Source: a bacterium (GTDB taxonomy: Bacteria > Patescibacteriota > Minisyncoccia > Phycocordibacterales > UBA9973). From it: a stretch of 64,000 bases of DNA. Below the pieces are notes generated by a model that was not told the DNA's origin, ran no database searches, and saw nothing but the letters and a program-made list of their open reading frames with translations. The position numbers and the translations under genes are program-made. Location: NCBI GenBank assembly GCA_021824345.1, contig JAKAKW010000002.1:22552-86551 (forward strand), written 5' to 3'. This document shows positions 27,489-37,501 of this stretch, piece after piece (position 1 is the stretch's first letter; the number at the start of each line of letters is the position of its first letter).

Positions 27489-29228
27489 ATGACGGCTGAA
27501 ACCAGGCAATGCCAAAACTGCAAGCAAAACTTCGCCATCGCGCCCGATGATTTTTCCTTTTATGAGAAAATCCGCGTTCCTCCGCCGACTTTCTGTCCGG
27601 GGTGTCGGATGCAGAGACGGCTGGCGTATAGGAATACGCATGCATTTTACAAACGGAAGGATAGTTTTTCCGGAAAAGAAATGATTTCCATGTATTCTCC
27701 GGACAAGAACTTAACGGTCATAGACAGGAAGGCCTGGTGGGGAGATAGTTGGGATCCGATAAATTATGGCATTAATTATGATTTTACTAAATCTTTTTTT
27801 TCTCAGTGGAAAGAGTTTCGCGATAAATTTCCCCTGCAAAATTTACAGCAGACAAAATCAGTGAATAGCGAATATTGCAATGTGGCCGAAGAAAGCAAAG
27901 ATTGTTATCTTATATCAGCTTCTTGGAAAAATGAGAGAGTGTTGTATTCCGATTCTATTACTGAAATAAAAGATTCAGCGGATCTGCATGTTGTACGCAG
28001 GAGCCAGTTTTCGTATGAAGATACGGTATGTGCCGACTCTTACCAGCTTTTTTATAGCGAGGACTCTCATAATTGTGTAAATTCATATTTCCTTTTTGAT
28101 TGTCGAAACTGCACTGATTGTTTCATGTGCTCGGGCTTAAGAAGTAAGAGTCACTGTTTTTATAATCAACAATTAAACAAGGAGGAATATCAAAAGAAAA
28201 TGTCTAAAATGGATGTCGGCTCTCATACTCTAATTGAGAATCTGAAGAAAGATTTTGAGGGCATGAAATTGAAATCAATCCGCAAGTTCGCGCACATAGT
28301 AAATTCTTATGATGTTACAGGCGATAATATAGTAAACGCAAAGAATTGCCATATGTGTTTCGACTTGATGAGCGAATTGCAAGATTGCAAATATTCCTTT
28401 TGGGGCGTGCAAGGGAAAGACATATTTGATTGCGGTCCCGGGTTCGGGGTAGTGGAACTGATGTACGAAACCTTCGATGCGGGTCCTGGCGGGAAGAGCA
28501 TCCTTCTGAGCCACAGTATCCACACCTCCGAAAATGTGGAGTATAGTTTTTATTGCCACGATTGCTCTAATATCTTCGCTTGTTTCGGTCTTCGGAACAA
28601 GAGTTACTGCATATTTAACAAGCAGTATTCAAAAGACGAGTATAACGAATTGAGAGAGAAAATTATAAATCATATGAACGAAATGCCATACAAGGACGGC
28701 AAAGAAAACGTTTATAAATATGGCGAATTCTTTCCAGCGGATCTTTCTCCTTTCTGCTATAACGAAACAGTTGCCCAGGATCATTTTCCTATAAAAAAAG
28801 AGGATGCTTTGAAAACCGGCCTTTCCTGGAAAGATATGGAGACGCGCAACTATGTGCCCACTCTTTTTTCAAAAGACATTCCGGATAATATAAAGGATGT
28901 TCCTGACACTATCTTGAGTGAAGTAATAGAATGCGCGCATAAGGGCGCATGTTCTGACAGGTGCACCACTGCTTTTAGAGTTATTCCAAACGAGCTGACT
29001 TTTTATAGAAAGTTCAATATTCCGATTCCTAGGTTATGTTATGGGTGTCGTCATTATGCCAGATTGCACAAGCGCAATCCCATGAAACTCTGGCACAGGC
29101 AGTGCATGTGCGACAAATCCGGCCATGATCATTCAGACAAGTGTCCGAATGAATTTGAAACCAGCTATTCACCCAAGCGGCCGGAAGCGGTATACTGCGA
29201 GCAATGCTATCAAAAAGAAGTTTATTAA
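27489..29228 (+). CDS. Cys-rich protein family member P1 (579 aa) with N- and C-terminal zinc-ribbon modules
   Basis: N-terminal CQNC...CPGCR and C-terminal LCYGCRH...CMC...CEQC. About 35 Cys. Paralog of the genes at 57346-64000. Confidence 0.7.
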   Translation: MTAETRQCQNCKQNFAIAPDDFSFYEKIRVPPPTFCPGCRMQRRLAYRNTHAFYKRKDSFSGKEMISMYSPDKNLTVIDRKAWWGDSWDPINYGINYDFTKSFFSQWKEFRDKFPLQNLQQTKSVNSEYCNVAEESKDCYLISASWKNERVLYSDSITEIKDSADLHVVRRSQFSYEDTVCADSYQLFYSEDSHNCVNSYFLFDCRNCTDCFMCSGLRSKSHCFYNQQLNKEEYQKKMSKMDVGSHTLIENLKKDFEGMKLKSIRKFAHIVNSYDVTGDNIVNAKNCHMCFDLMSELQDCKYSFWGVQGKDIFDCGPGFGVVELMYETFDAGPGGKSILLSHSIHTSENVEYSFYCHDCSNIFACFGLRNKSYCIFNKQYSKDEYNELREKIINHMNEMPYKDGKENVYKYGEFFPADLSPFCYNETVAQDHFPIKKEDALKTGLSWKDMETRNYVPTLFSKDIPDNIKDVPDTILSEVIECAHKGACSDRCTTAFRVIPNELTFYRKFNIPIPRLCYGCRHYARLHKRNPMKLWHRQCMCDKSGHDHSDKCPNEFETSYSPKRPEAVYCEQCYQKEVY

Positions 29229-29251
29229 ATACCGGCGAAGAAAAAAAACAA

Positions 29252-29274
29252 GGGCGGAGGGTACCCCTCCGCCC
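29252..29274. repeat. GC-rich palindrome (family B): GGGCGGAGGGTACCCCTCCGCCC
   Basis: Perfect 10-bp stem. Confidence 0.7.
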
Positions 29275-29293
29275 CAGAAGGAGTGAAAATGTC

Positions 29294-29743
29294 GTGGTGT
29301 TGCACAATATTCGCAGTTCCGAAAATGTCGGGGCGATGTTGCGTACATGCGACGCGGCCGGGGCGGGGAAGGTATATTTAGCCGGCTATACTCCGGCGCC
29401 GACCGACCGCTTCGGCCGGCCGAATAAAAAGATTGCCAAGTCCGCTCTTGGAGCGGAGAAGTTCGTGCCTTGGGAACATAAGAAAACAATCACCGCGCTT
29501 CTTGCCAAGTTGAAAAAGGAAGGATATCAGATCGTCGGCGTGGAGCAGGCGCCGAGTTCCGTGAACTACAAAAAAATTCCGCTGAAAAAGAAAAACGCGT
29601 TTATCATGGGCGCGGAAGTGGCCGGCATTCCCGAAAGCGTGTTAAAAAAATGCGACGTAATCTCCGAGATTCCAATGTATGGGAAAAAAGAGTCGCTGAA
29701 TGTCTCCGTGGCGCTCGGGGTAATGCTGTTCGGGCGCTTATAG
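29294..29743 (+). CDS. SpoU/TrmH-family RNA 2'-O-methyltransferase (SPOUT)
   Basis: VVVLHNIRSSENVGAMLRTCDAAG and C-terminal IPMYGKKESLNVSVALGVMLF. Start uncertain (GTG/TTG near 29294-29300); the ORF is open from 29204 through the palindrome. Confidence 0.6.
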   Translation: MVLHNIRSSENVGAMLRTCDAAGAGKVYLAGYTPAPTDRFGRPNKKIAKSALGAEKFVPWEHKKTITALLAKLKKEGYQIVGVEQAPSSVNYKKIPLKKKNAFIMGAEVAGIPESVLKKCDVISEIPMYGKKESLNVSVALGVMLFGRL

Positions 29744-29784
29744 ATTGCGATGCGCGGCGCCCCGGCCTAGGCCGGGGCGCCGCT

Positions 29785-30696
29785 TCATTTCTGATGCACC
29801 GGACAAAAATGGGCGCTTCGTCCATTTATCACTTTCCGGACAATCTTTCCGCGGCAGCCGGGCTTTCTGCATTTTTCTCCGGTGCGCCGGTAGGCCTGGT
29901 GCTGGGATTGGAATTTTCCCGGCTTCCCGTATACGTTGCGATAGTCGGACATCGAGTCTCCTCCGAAATTTATGCCTTTTTTCAAAGTCGCTTTCATGGC
30001 TTTGAACATTTTTTGCAATTCAGGTTCCGTGACGGCCGAGACCCTTCGTTCCGGGCGCACTCCGGCTCGCCACAAAATTTCATCCGAATATATATTGCCG
30101 ATGCCGGCGATAATCGTCTGGTCCATCAGCGTCGTTTTAATCTTTCCGTTTGGTTTTTTCAACAGCCTCTCCTTAAATTTTCCGAAGGTGAAATTTTTTT
30201 CCAGCGGTTCCGGGCCTATTCCGAATAGGTGCTTGCTGTCATGAGCCATTTTCGTATTGAGAAGGGTAATCTTGCCGAACTTTCGCATGTCCGAAAGGGC
30301 CAGCTGTTTTCCTCCCGAGAGGGTGAAGACCACATGCAGAAAACGGTTGAACGGATCCGCCAAGGGTCCGCGGGGGCTTGCCGGAACCCATTTGTTTTCT
30401 TTCACTGAGAATTTGTATTTTCCGCAAAGCAAATGGCCGGTCATCTTCAAATGCACCAGCATAGTGTGCTTGCCGGAAAGGTTTATCAGAATATTTTTTG
30501 CCCGGCGCTCTACGGACAGGATTTTTTTGCCGGTCACTCCCTTTTTAAACCCGGCGAAATACTTCGGATTTGAAATAGTGTCGCCCTTTCGTTTGTCTTT
30601 GGTGGAAAGGTCGGTCCAGACGTCCAGAATAAAGCGTCCCGCGATTTCTTTTTGCAGTCCTCTTTTGGTCGTTTCCACTTCCGGCAGTTCAGGCAT
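29785..30696 (-). CDS. mutM: formamidopyrimidine-DNA glycosylase (Fpg/MutM)
   Basis: N-terminal MPELPEVE, H2TH region, C-terminal zinc finger CRKPGCRGKI...CPVHQ. Confidence 0.85.
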   Translation of the reverse strand: MPELPEVETTKRGLQKEIAGRFILDVWTDLSTKDKRKGDTISNPKYFAGFKKGVTGKKILSVERRAKNILINLSGKHTMLVHLKMTGHLLCGKYKFSVKENKWVPASPRGPLADPFNRFLHVVFTLSGGKQLALSDMRKFGKITLLNTKMAHDSKHLFGIGPEPLEKNFTFGKFKERLLKKPNGKIKTTLMDQTIIAGIGNIYSDEILWRAGVRPERRVSAVTEPELQKMFKAMKATLKKGINFGGDSMSDYRNVYGKPGKFQSQHQAYRRTGEKCRKPGCRGKIVRKVINGRSAHFCPVHQK

Positions 30697-30723
30697 GGCA
30701 TTAATTACACAACATTTTTAAAA

Positions 30724-30750
30724 ATGGGAGGCAAGGCCTCCCCCTGTTTT
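30724..30750. terminator. family A palindrome GGGAGGC-aag-GCCTCCC flanked by an A-tract and a T-tract; bidirectional terminator-like
   Basis: Seen between fpg and ruvA: aaaaatgggaggcaaggcctccccctgttttt. Confidence 0.55.
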
Positions 30751-31316
30751 TATTTGCCTCCGAGAATCTTTAGAGCCTCTTTTATTTTCCCGTTCGTGCT
30801 TCCTTCCGCGGAGACTTTTTTCAGCGCTTCGCGCGCTTCTCCCTCGCGATACCCGAGCGAGCGCAGAGCTTCCAAGGCATCCAGCTCTTCGTGCAGGGAA
30901 TTTTCCTCTCCGGCCGTTTCAATCTTGTCGCGCAGTTCCAACACGATTTTTTCCGCCGTTTTCTTTCCGATGCCGGATACCCGGGTGAGATAGGCGGTGT
31001 CGCCGGAGCTGACCGCTTTTTCCAAAGTGTCCACGCTGGCAATACCCAGGATGCCCAAAGCGCTTTTTGGACCTATGCCGGGCACATTCATGAGCATTTC
31101 AAAAAATTCAAGTTCTTTTCTGTCGGGGAATCCGTAAAGTTCCAATGCGTCCTCTCTGACATAAGTGTGGATCCAAAGAAAAATCTTGTCTTCCGCCTTG
31201 CCCGCCCTGGACAAAGTGTCCGACGAAACGCTTATTTTATACCCTATGCCGTTTGTCTCCACTATGAGGAATTTGTTCGTTTTGAGCTTTAGATTTCCGC
31301 TTATGCTTCCTATCAT
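30750..31316 (-). CDS. ruvA: Holliday junction DNA helicase subunit RuvA
   Basis: MIGSISG...GIGYKI N-terminus, HhH motifs (GIGPKSA, GIGKKTAEKI), 188 aa. Confidence 0.85.
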   Translation of the reverse strand: MIGSISGNLKLKTNKFLIVETNGIGYKISVSSDTLSRAGKAEDKIFLWIHTYVREDALELYGFPDRKELEFFEMLMNVPGIGPKSALGILGIASVDTLEKAVSSGDTAYLTRVSGIGKKTAEKIVLELRDKIETAGEENSLHEELDALEALRSLGYREGEAREALKKVSAEGSTNGKIKEALKILGGK

Positions 31317-31370
31317 GCCTATATTTTAGCATCATTTGCAAATTCTCGCTTCTTCTGTTAGATTATACCC

Positions 31371-31622
31371 ATGCCAATAACCAAATCAGCAAAGAAGGCG
31401 ATCCGCGGTTCCGCTCGAAAGCGGGCTTATAACGAGCGCAATAAGCGGGCCGTAAAGGAAGCCGTAAAGAAACTCGAAAAGCTGGCAAAAGAGGACAAAT
31501 CCAAAGCGGCGGAAAACCTGTCCCAGGCGTATGCCGCCATTGATAAAGCGGCCAAGCGGGGAGTAATAAAGAAAAACACCGCGGCCCGCAAAAAGTCCCG
31601 TCTTGCCAGGCTGTCCAGATAA
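31371..31622 (+). CDS. rpsT: 30S ribosomal protein S20
   Basis: MPITKSAKKAIRGSARKRAYNERNK, 83 aa, basic. Confidence 0.85.
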   Translation: MPITKSAKKAIRGSARKRAYNERNKRAVKEAVKKLEKLAKEDKSKAAENLSQAYAAIDKAAKRGVIKKNTAARKKSRLARLSR

Positions 31623-31649
31623 TTTTGCGCAAACCTAATTAAGGCTTAA

Positions 31650-31680
31650 AAGAAAAACCCTCCAATGGAGGGTTTTTCTT
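31650..31680. terminator. bidirectional intrinsic terminator AAAAACCCTCC-aatg-GAGGGTTTTT
   Basis: Between the convergent genes rpsT and the giant surface protein gene. Confidence 0.7.
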
Positions 31681-34600
31681 TTAAGCATGATGTTCTCCCG
31701 AAGGCGGGGCGACTATTACCGCCGCCGATCCATAAGCGGATCTTTCGTACAACCATCGAATCGCCGCAACCAGAAGAAGAATCAAAAGGATCAAGAGCAG
31801 CCAGCCGAGCAAGGTGGCGGGCAGGAAGCCCGTGCCGAAGATTGCCGCCGCTCCGAGCGATACGCCCCTGTCTTCCACCAGGTTTTCAAGATAAGCGAAC
31901 ACTTCCTGCTGGTCTCCGGTTCTCTGTATGGTATAAGCAAGGTCCGCGGTAACCACCACATTTTTGCCGGTTACGGCGCTGTCCAGCACCAGGACTGTAA
32001 CTTGAATGCTTCCTTCCTGCTGGGGAGCAAGGTTGCCGATATTGGCGATCACCATGTTATTTTGCGCGGAGTAAGTTCCGAGAGAAGTGCTGCGCCACTC
32101 AAGCTCTTTCGGCAAGGCCACTCTCAGAAGCACGTTGGTCAGGTTTTCCGTGGAAACATTTTTGTAATAGATGATATAGCTGACCGTGTCTCCCTTGTAT
32201 ATGATTTGGGTGTTGGTTGAGATGGAAAGGAATACGAGAGAAGGCTGAGCAGTCCCTCCGGTGACGGAAGAAGTATTGCTGGAAGTGTTGCTTACCACCG
32301 TGGTGTATCTATACACCGTATTGGATCCCGTATCGTTGGTATACACTATCGTGCTTCCGGTGCGGAAAGTATATATGGTTCCCCTGGAAGTGCCGTATGA
32401 GTTTACGACGACGGCCCGGAAATAATACGTGGTATTCGGAGCCAGGCCGGAAACGCCGGAGAAGAACGGCACCGAAGATACATTGCCCATCGGCTGGGAG
32501 TTGGTGGTAAGTCCGAGAGACTGAGTAGTTCCGTATTCAAAGTATCCGGTAGTGCTGGCATTTACATTGCTTCCGATTACCGCCGTTCCGTTCAAAGTTG
32601 CGGAGGTCTGGCCGATATTGCTGGCCGGCATGGTAATGGCTGTCGGGGCGCAGGTGCCGGTGGTAGAGCAGTCTCCGGGATTGATATATGACCCGGTGGT
32701 AGTAAAGGTGTAAGTATTTCCATATACCACATTGCCGTTTGAATCTCTGGCCGCGGCGCGATAGCGATAAGTAGTATTAGGGGAAAGACTGTAAATAGAC
32801 TGGTTGAAGTTTCCGCCTCCGCTGTATTGGCTGGTTTCGTTTGTTCTATTGTTCAAGTAACCGTTCGGGCCCCATTCAAACCATCTTGAAACGTAGTTGT
32901 TATAACTGTATCCGCTGGTGCTGATGTATCCATTCAAAGTGGCGGAAGTGTCAGTCACTCCGGTGGCGGAATAGGTGCTTACATACAGTTGGTTGTTATT
33001 ATTGCAGTTTCCGTAGTTGTTGTAGTAATTGCAGTTTCCGTTATTGTTGGTGGTGAAGCTTATCTGGTTTCCATATACAATCTGCCCGCTGTCGCCCTGG
33101 GCCACCGCGCGGTAGTAGTAAGTGGTATTCGGAGCCAGGCCGGAGAGGTAATAAGTGAAGCTGGTGCCTCCGGTAGACCCGTAGCTATTCTGGTTGGTTT
33201 GGTTATAGAAGTTTGAATTGGTGCCCCATTGGAACCAAGCCGTGGTGTTGTTCCCGCCGTTCGAGGTGACATATCCGTTCAAAGTTGCGCTGCCGTAGTC
33301 CACATTGGAAGCGTTCTGGGTGCTGACAGTAGGAGTGGTGTTGTTATTATTGTTGGTGTAAATGGTCACCGAACTGCTGGCAGACTGGCCCGAGCTGTTC
33401 TGGCAGGAAATGCTGTAAGTGGTAGTGCCGTAGAGCGTTCCGGTATTGAAGCTTCCGCTGGTGCCCCTGCTTCCGGACCACCCGTTGGTTCCTCCGCTGG
33501 CGCTGCAGGAGGTCGCGTTCTGAGAAGTCCAGCGCACGGTAGTGGAGCCGTTGTTATTTAGATTCGTATTATCCGCGGTAATGTTCACGCTCACCGGGTT
33601 GTTTTGCTGGTTCACGTATACGGTGACTGAATTTGTGGCTACCGCTCCGCTTGAACCTCCGCAGGTAATGGTGAAAGTAGAAGTCTGATACAAGGCTCCC
33701 GTGCTGGCGGAACCTGACATAGGCTTATTGCCGGACCAATTTCCTCCGCTTCCCGTACAATATGTGGCGTTCTGGGAATTCCAATTAAGGGTGGAGGAGT
33801 TTCCATAATCAACTGTTGTCGGATTGGCAGTAATAGTAACCGTCGGGTTGTTCGGAACATTTGTCATGCAGGCGGTGCCGTTCCAGGTGGTTCCATAGGC
33901 GCAGGAAGAGGTTGCCACCTTGCTGTCCAAGACAGAGCCTGAATTCTTCAGATAATAGATAGTGGAAGGATAGGCTACCCACGCGGTAATATTTCCGTTA
34001 GCCTGAGAGGAAAGGGTATTTCCGGTATTGCCGTCCACTACCGTTACGCTGTTTGCATTCTGGGTATTCCAGGAAGCGTTTACCGTACAAGTGCTCGCCC
34101 CGGTAGGAATGGTGCAAGAAGTGGGGGAAACCGTAAGGGTGCCTGTTGCGATGGGCTGGTTGCCGACGTTAACGGTCGCGGATCCGTATGCCACTGCGCC
34201 CGTGGAACCGTAACAATTAATGTTGTATGTAGTACTCTGAGTAAGAGCTCCGGTATTAAAACTTCCGGAAATGCTTTGCTGTCCGTTCGGCGCGTTCGTG
34301 CCTCCGGTGAAACTGCAGTAAGAGGCGTTTTGGGAAGTCCAGTTTATGGTAGAAGTTCCATTGTACTGCACGCTGGTCGGGTTGGCCGTTATGGTAACCG
34401 TAGGATTGTTAGGAACATTCGTCATGCAGGCGGTGCCGTTCCAGCTGGTTCCATAGGCGCAAGACGCGTTGGCGGTCTTCTGATCCAAAGTAACGCCGTT
34501 GTTTTTCAGATAATAAGTCGTGGAAGGATATGCCACCCACACCGTCTGGTAAGAGCTGTTCGGGGAAGTGGAAAGCACGTTGCCCGTATTTCCATCTACA

Positions 34601-36369
34601 ACTGAAACATTGTTTTCATTCTGCGTGCTCCAAGAAGCGTTTACCGTACAAGTGCTCTGTCCCGACTGAATAGTGCAGGAAACGGGGGAAACCGTAAGGG
34701 TGCCGGTGGCAACAGGCTGATTGCCGACGGTTACCGTGACGGAATCATAAGCCACCGCGCCGGTGGAATTATAACAATTGATGCTGTAAGTGGTACCGCT
34801 TTTTAGATTACCGCTATTGAAACTGCCGTAAGTATTTTGTTTTCCGCTCGGTGCGTTCGTGCCTCCGGTGAAACTACAGTAAGTGGCGTTTTGGGAAGTC
34901 CAGTTTATGGTAGAAGTTCCATTGTACTGCACGCTGGTCGGGTTGGCGGAAAGAGCTACCGTCGGGTTGCTCTGAGGGCCTACACTGACGGTAACCGATT
35001 GGCTGGCAGACTGTCCGTTTGAACCGTAACAAGTTATTCCGTAATTAGTATCAGCAGTCAGAGCCCCGGTGTTGAAAGAGCCGCCGGTTCCTTTTGAACC
35101 GCCCCAGTTTGTTCCGTTGCCGTAGGCGACGCAACTGCTTGCGCTCAAAGAGGACCAGGTGATGGTGGAAGATCCGCCATACTGAACGCTGGAAGGATTG
35201 GCGGAGATGGTGACGCTTACCGTAGGATTGGGCTGTCTGCTGACGTTGACCGTGACCGAGTTGGAAGCTGATTGGCCGGCGCTGTTGTAGCAGGTGATTC
35301 CGTAAGTAACAGTGGAAGTGAGGGAACCGGTGCTCTGGCTGCCGGAAGTGTTTATACTTCCGCCCCAGCTGTTCGCTCCGCCGGTGGCTGTGCAAGAAGT
35401 GGCGTACTGAGAAGACCAGCGGATGATTGTGGAACCTCCGTAGGAAAGATTGGTGTTGTCTGCGGAAATGCTCGCGGTAGGCGCCTGAATCTGCGGGTCC
35501 ACGGTGATAGTTACCGAATCGGAAGCGGATTTCCCTGCGCTGTTCTGGCAGGTGATGCTGTAAGTAGTGCTTGCGGTAAGATTGCCGGTGTAAGAGCTTC
35601 CATTCAGATTTTTGTTTCCTGCCCATCCGGCAGAACCGCCGTTAGCGATGCAGGAGCTGGCATACTGGGAGCTCCAAGTAATGGTGGTTCCGGTGTTGTA
35701 CGGTATGCGGGTCTGATTGGCGGAGATGCTGACAATCGGATCGGGAAGAGAATTTACTATTACCGTCGCCGACTGGGTGGGGGAGGTGCCTCCGGGCCCG
35801 GTGCAGTTGATGGAATAGGTGGTGGTGCTGGTGAGATTATTTGCATAAAAAGTTCCGCCTGTGCCCACGGTTCCCGCCCAATTGCTTGAGCCTCCGGTGG
35901 CGTTGCAGGAAGTGGCGTTCTGCGAACTCCAGGTGATGGCGGAAGAACCGCCATTCGCTACATTTGAAGGATTGGCGGAGATGGTGGCGGTGGGAGCGGA
36001 AACGGGACAGGCGGGAGTTTGAAAATTATTTATGTTCAGATAACTTGTGCCATAGTTGTTTGTCACTTCCAGCCTATAGTAGTAGGTGGTGCTTTCAGAG
36101 AGACCGTCAATATACTGCTGAATAGGAAAACTGCCTTGCGTATTGAAGGTCTGTACGGTCGTAGGAATGCCCGCTCCGCTTTGTACCTGGCTATAGCTGG
36201 TTCCGTATGTAAACCTGGCCCTAGTAGGCGGAGTTCCGGTGTCTACCGTACCTGTCAGAGTTGCGCTATGACAGGTCATTGCATAGGCCGGAGTCGCGAC
36301 GGAAAACGCCCCAACAAGGGTAACTATGCTGAGCACCGATATTACGCACAATTTTATTTTCCTATTCAT
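31681..36369 (-). CDS. giant repetitive cell-surface protein (1562 aa): signal peptide, about 14 repeats of roughly 85 aa rich in Ser/Thr/Asn/Gly, C-terminal TM anchor
   Basis: Signal peptide MNRKIKLCVISVLSIVTLVGAFSVATPAYA. The unit ANPSSVQYGGSSTITWSS..A.SC.A.GG...W.G.K...GS..TG.LT..T.Y.I.C recurs. C-terminal hydrophobic LLGWLLLILLILLLVAAI. Confidence 0.75.
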   Translation of the reverse strand: MNRKIKLCVISVLSIVTLVGAFSVATPAYAMTCHSATLTGTVDTGTPPTRARFTYGTSYSQVQSGAGIPTTVQTFNTQGSFPIQQYIDGLSESTTYYYRLEVTNNYGTSYLNINNFQTPACPVSAPTATISANPSNVANGGSSAITWSSQNATSCNATGGSSNWAGTVGTGGTFYANNLTSTTTYSINCTGPGGTSPTQSATVIVNSLPDPIVSISANQTRIPYNTGTTITWSSQYASSCIANGGSAGWAGNKNLNGSSYTGNLTASTTYSITCQNSAGKSASDSVTITVDPQIQAPTASISADNTNLSYGGSTIIRWSSQYATSCTATGGANSWGGSINTSGSQSTGSLTSTVTYGITCYNSAGQSASNSVTVNVSRQPNPTVSVTISANPSSVQYGGSSTITWSSLSASSCVAYGNGTNWGGSKGTGGSFNTGALTADTNYGITCYGSNGQSASQSVTVSVGPQSNPTVALSANPTSVQYNGTSTINWTSQNATYCSFTGGTNAPSGKQNTYGSFNSGNLKSGTTYSINCYNSTGAVAYDSVTVTVGNQPVATGTLTVSPVSCTIQSGQSTCTVNASWSTQNENNVSVVDGNTGNVLSTSPNSSYQTVWVAYPSTTYYLKNNGVTLDQKTANASCAYGTSWNGTACMTNVPNNPTVTITANPTSVQYNGTSTINWTSQNASYCSFTGGTNAPNGQQSISGSFNTGALTQSTTYNINCYGSTGAVAYGSATVNVGNQPIATGTLTVSPTSCTIPTGASTCTVNASWNTQNANSVTVVDGNTGNTLSSQANGNITAWVAYPSTIYYLKNSGSVLDSKVATSSCAYGTTWNGTACMTNVPNNPTVTITANPTTVDYGNSSTLNWNSQNATYCTGSGGNWSGNKPMSGSASTGALYQTSTFTITCGGSSGAVATNSVTVYVNQQNNPVSVNITADNTNLNNNGSTTVRWTSQNATSCSASGGTNGWSGSRGTSGSFNTGTLYGTTTYSISCQNSSGQSASSSVTIYTNNNNNTTPTVSTQNASNVDYGSATLNGYVTSNGGNNTTAWFQWGTNSNFYNQTNQNSYGSTGGTSFTYYLSGLAPNTTYYYRAVAQGDSGQIVYGNQISFTTNNNGNCNYYNNYGNCNNNNQLYVSTYSATGVTDTSATLNGYISTSGYSYNNYVSRWFEWGPNGYLNNRTNETSQYSGGGNFNQSIYSLSPNTTYRYRAAARDSNGNVVYGNTYTFTTTGSYINPGDCSTTGTCAPTAITMPASNIGQTSATLNGTAVIGSNVNASTTGYFEYGTTQSLGLTTNSQPMGNVSSVPFFSGVSGLAPNTTYYFRAVVVNSYGTSRGTIYTFRTGSTIVYTNDTGSNTVYRYTTVVSNTSSNTSSVTGGTAQPSLVFLSISTNTQIIYKGDTVSYIIYYKNVSTENLTNVLLRVALPKELEWRSTSLGTYSAQNNMVIANIGNLAPQQEGSIQVTVLVLDSAVTGKNVVVTADLAYTIQRTGDQQEVFAYLENLVEDRGVSLGAAAIFGTGFLPATLLGWLLLILLILLLVAAIRWLYERSAYGSAAVIVAPPSGEHHA
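34276..35022. repeat. near-identical direct repeats at the DNA level, about 560 bp apart, inside the giant gene
   Basis: Plus-frame ORFs 34276.. and 34837.. encode the identical peptide LSVRRVRASGETAVRGVLGSPVYGRSSIVLHAGRVG. The tract ggaagtccagtttatggtagaagttccattgtactgcacgctggtcgggttggc occurs twice. Confidence 0.7.
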
Positions 36370-36534
36370 ATATTTCTGATAATTTACCGATAATTATTGA
36401 TTTTACTAATTTGGCACAAGTAGAAAATCTGACCTGATTTCTACTCTTCAAAATCATGGATAACTGCGAACTACTTTCATGACTTTGAAGAGTACAGGAA
36501 GAAAAGTAATATGTTCTGTACTCCTCTTCCTGAA

Positions 36535-37287
36535 TTAGAAACTTAGTTGAGCCCCTATACCCAGCATTCTCCCGACCGTTTGCAGGAAGATCTTGAACAC
36601 TGGACCCGTAACTCCACTAGGCGGTGTTCCCCCGGTTGTAGCAACCTGATGGCCATTGTCATCATGGTTGTGGTGTGTAACCAGGAGGGCAATTCCTATA
36701 CCCAAGGCTGTTGCCGCAACAATTGCTACAATAACTTCAAGCCAAGGAAAGCTATTTGACACCGCGGTTGCAGATGATTCACTGGAAGTTTTTTCCCTAG
36801 GAATTTGAATGCCATCTATTTTTTTTGTCAAAGATGACACGTATCCTTCTAAACTTACAATTTTGTTTTGCAGAAGGTTTAACTCTTCCGCGATCAATTG
36901 AAGTTTGGGATCCTGCACAAACTTAACTTCATTATTGACGATCACTCTTTTTACTACAAGGACGCGTGAACGGTCAATGTAGTCCGGAAACTCGGAGAAG
37001 TTACCACATGCATAGACTGTCCCCTTGCCTATTTTTTTTCCTGGAGTAAAAAAATCAGCGGAATCTACGTCTACAATCAAGCCTGGTCTTGCCAAACCTG
37101 TCGTAAATTTCCCTGAGGCCCCCTCCGTAATAACCTTAGTTTCATAGAGAAGTTTTAAGGTTATTTTGCCTTGGGCCCCGTTGTAATTAATATTCATTGG
37201 ATCTGCCCCCCAATTGATATATTGAGCAGAAGCAGTTCCAAGAAAAAAAAAGGTAACAAAGGTAAAAAATAAAAGATTTACTTTCAT
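36535..37287 (-). CDS. secreted, C-terminally membrane-anchored hypothetical protein
   Basis: Signal peptide MKVNLLFFTFVTFFFLGTASA. C-terminal TM segment VIVAIVAATALGIGIALLV. AT-rich. Confidence 0.45.
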   Translation of the reverse strand: MKVNLLFFTFVTFFFLGTASAQYINWGADPMNINYNGAQGKITLKLLYETKVITEGASGKFTTGLARPGLIVDVDSADFFTPGKKIGKGTVYACGNFSEFPDYIDRSRVLVVKRVIVNNEVKFVQDPKLQLIAEELNLLQNKIVSLEGYVSSLTKKIDGIQIPREKTSSESSATAVSNSFPWLEVIVAIVAATALGIGIALLVTHHNHDDNGHQVATTGGTPPSGVTGPVFKIFLQTVGRMLGIGAQLSF

Positions 37288-37501
37288 TTTTAAACACCTT
37301 CCTTTCTAATTTATTGTTATAAAATAACATTATTTATTTCATTAAATTTTCCATAGAATAGCATTTTCGGCCTAAAATGTCAAGGGCACGTGCGGGGCGC
37401 ATACAAAGGCGGGAAAGGGCCCTAAAAACAGCCTAAAAAACTGGGAAATTGCCTGAAAAATGAAAATCGCTCCAGGCTGTGGCCGGAGCGATTTTCGTTT
37501 T

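Noticed and set aside
29289-29384. 31-aa ORF MSWCCTIFAVPKMSGRCCVHATRPGRGRYI with an AAGGAG ribosome-binding site at ideal spacing
   Set aside because: It is out of frame within the 5' end of the SpoU-family methyltransferase gene, whose frame carries the conserved SPOUT motifs. Most likely the ribosome-binding site serves a GTG/TTG start of the methyltransferase a few codons downstream.
29650-30228. 192-aa plus-strand ORF antisense to fpg
   Set aside because: Overlaps the confidently identified fpg (N-terminal PELPEVE, C-terminal zinc finger). Low-complexity Arg/Ala-rich translation with no ribosome-binding site.
35051-35889. ORFs of 191 and 205 aa inside/antisense to the giant surface gene
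   Set aside because: They are created by the repetitive, compositionally biased DNA of the 1562-aa gene. Their translations are low-complexity (Arg/His/Gln-rich) and they sit within a continuous 4.7-kb ORF that has a signal peptide and anchor.
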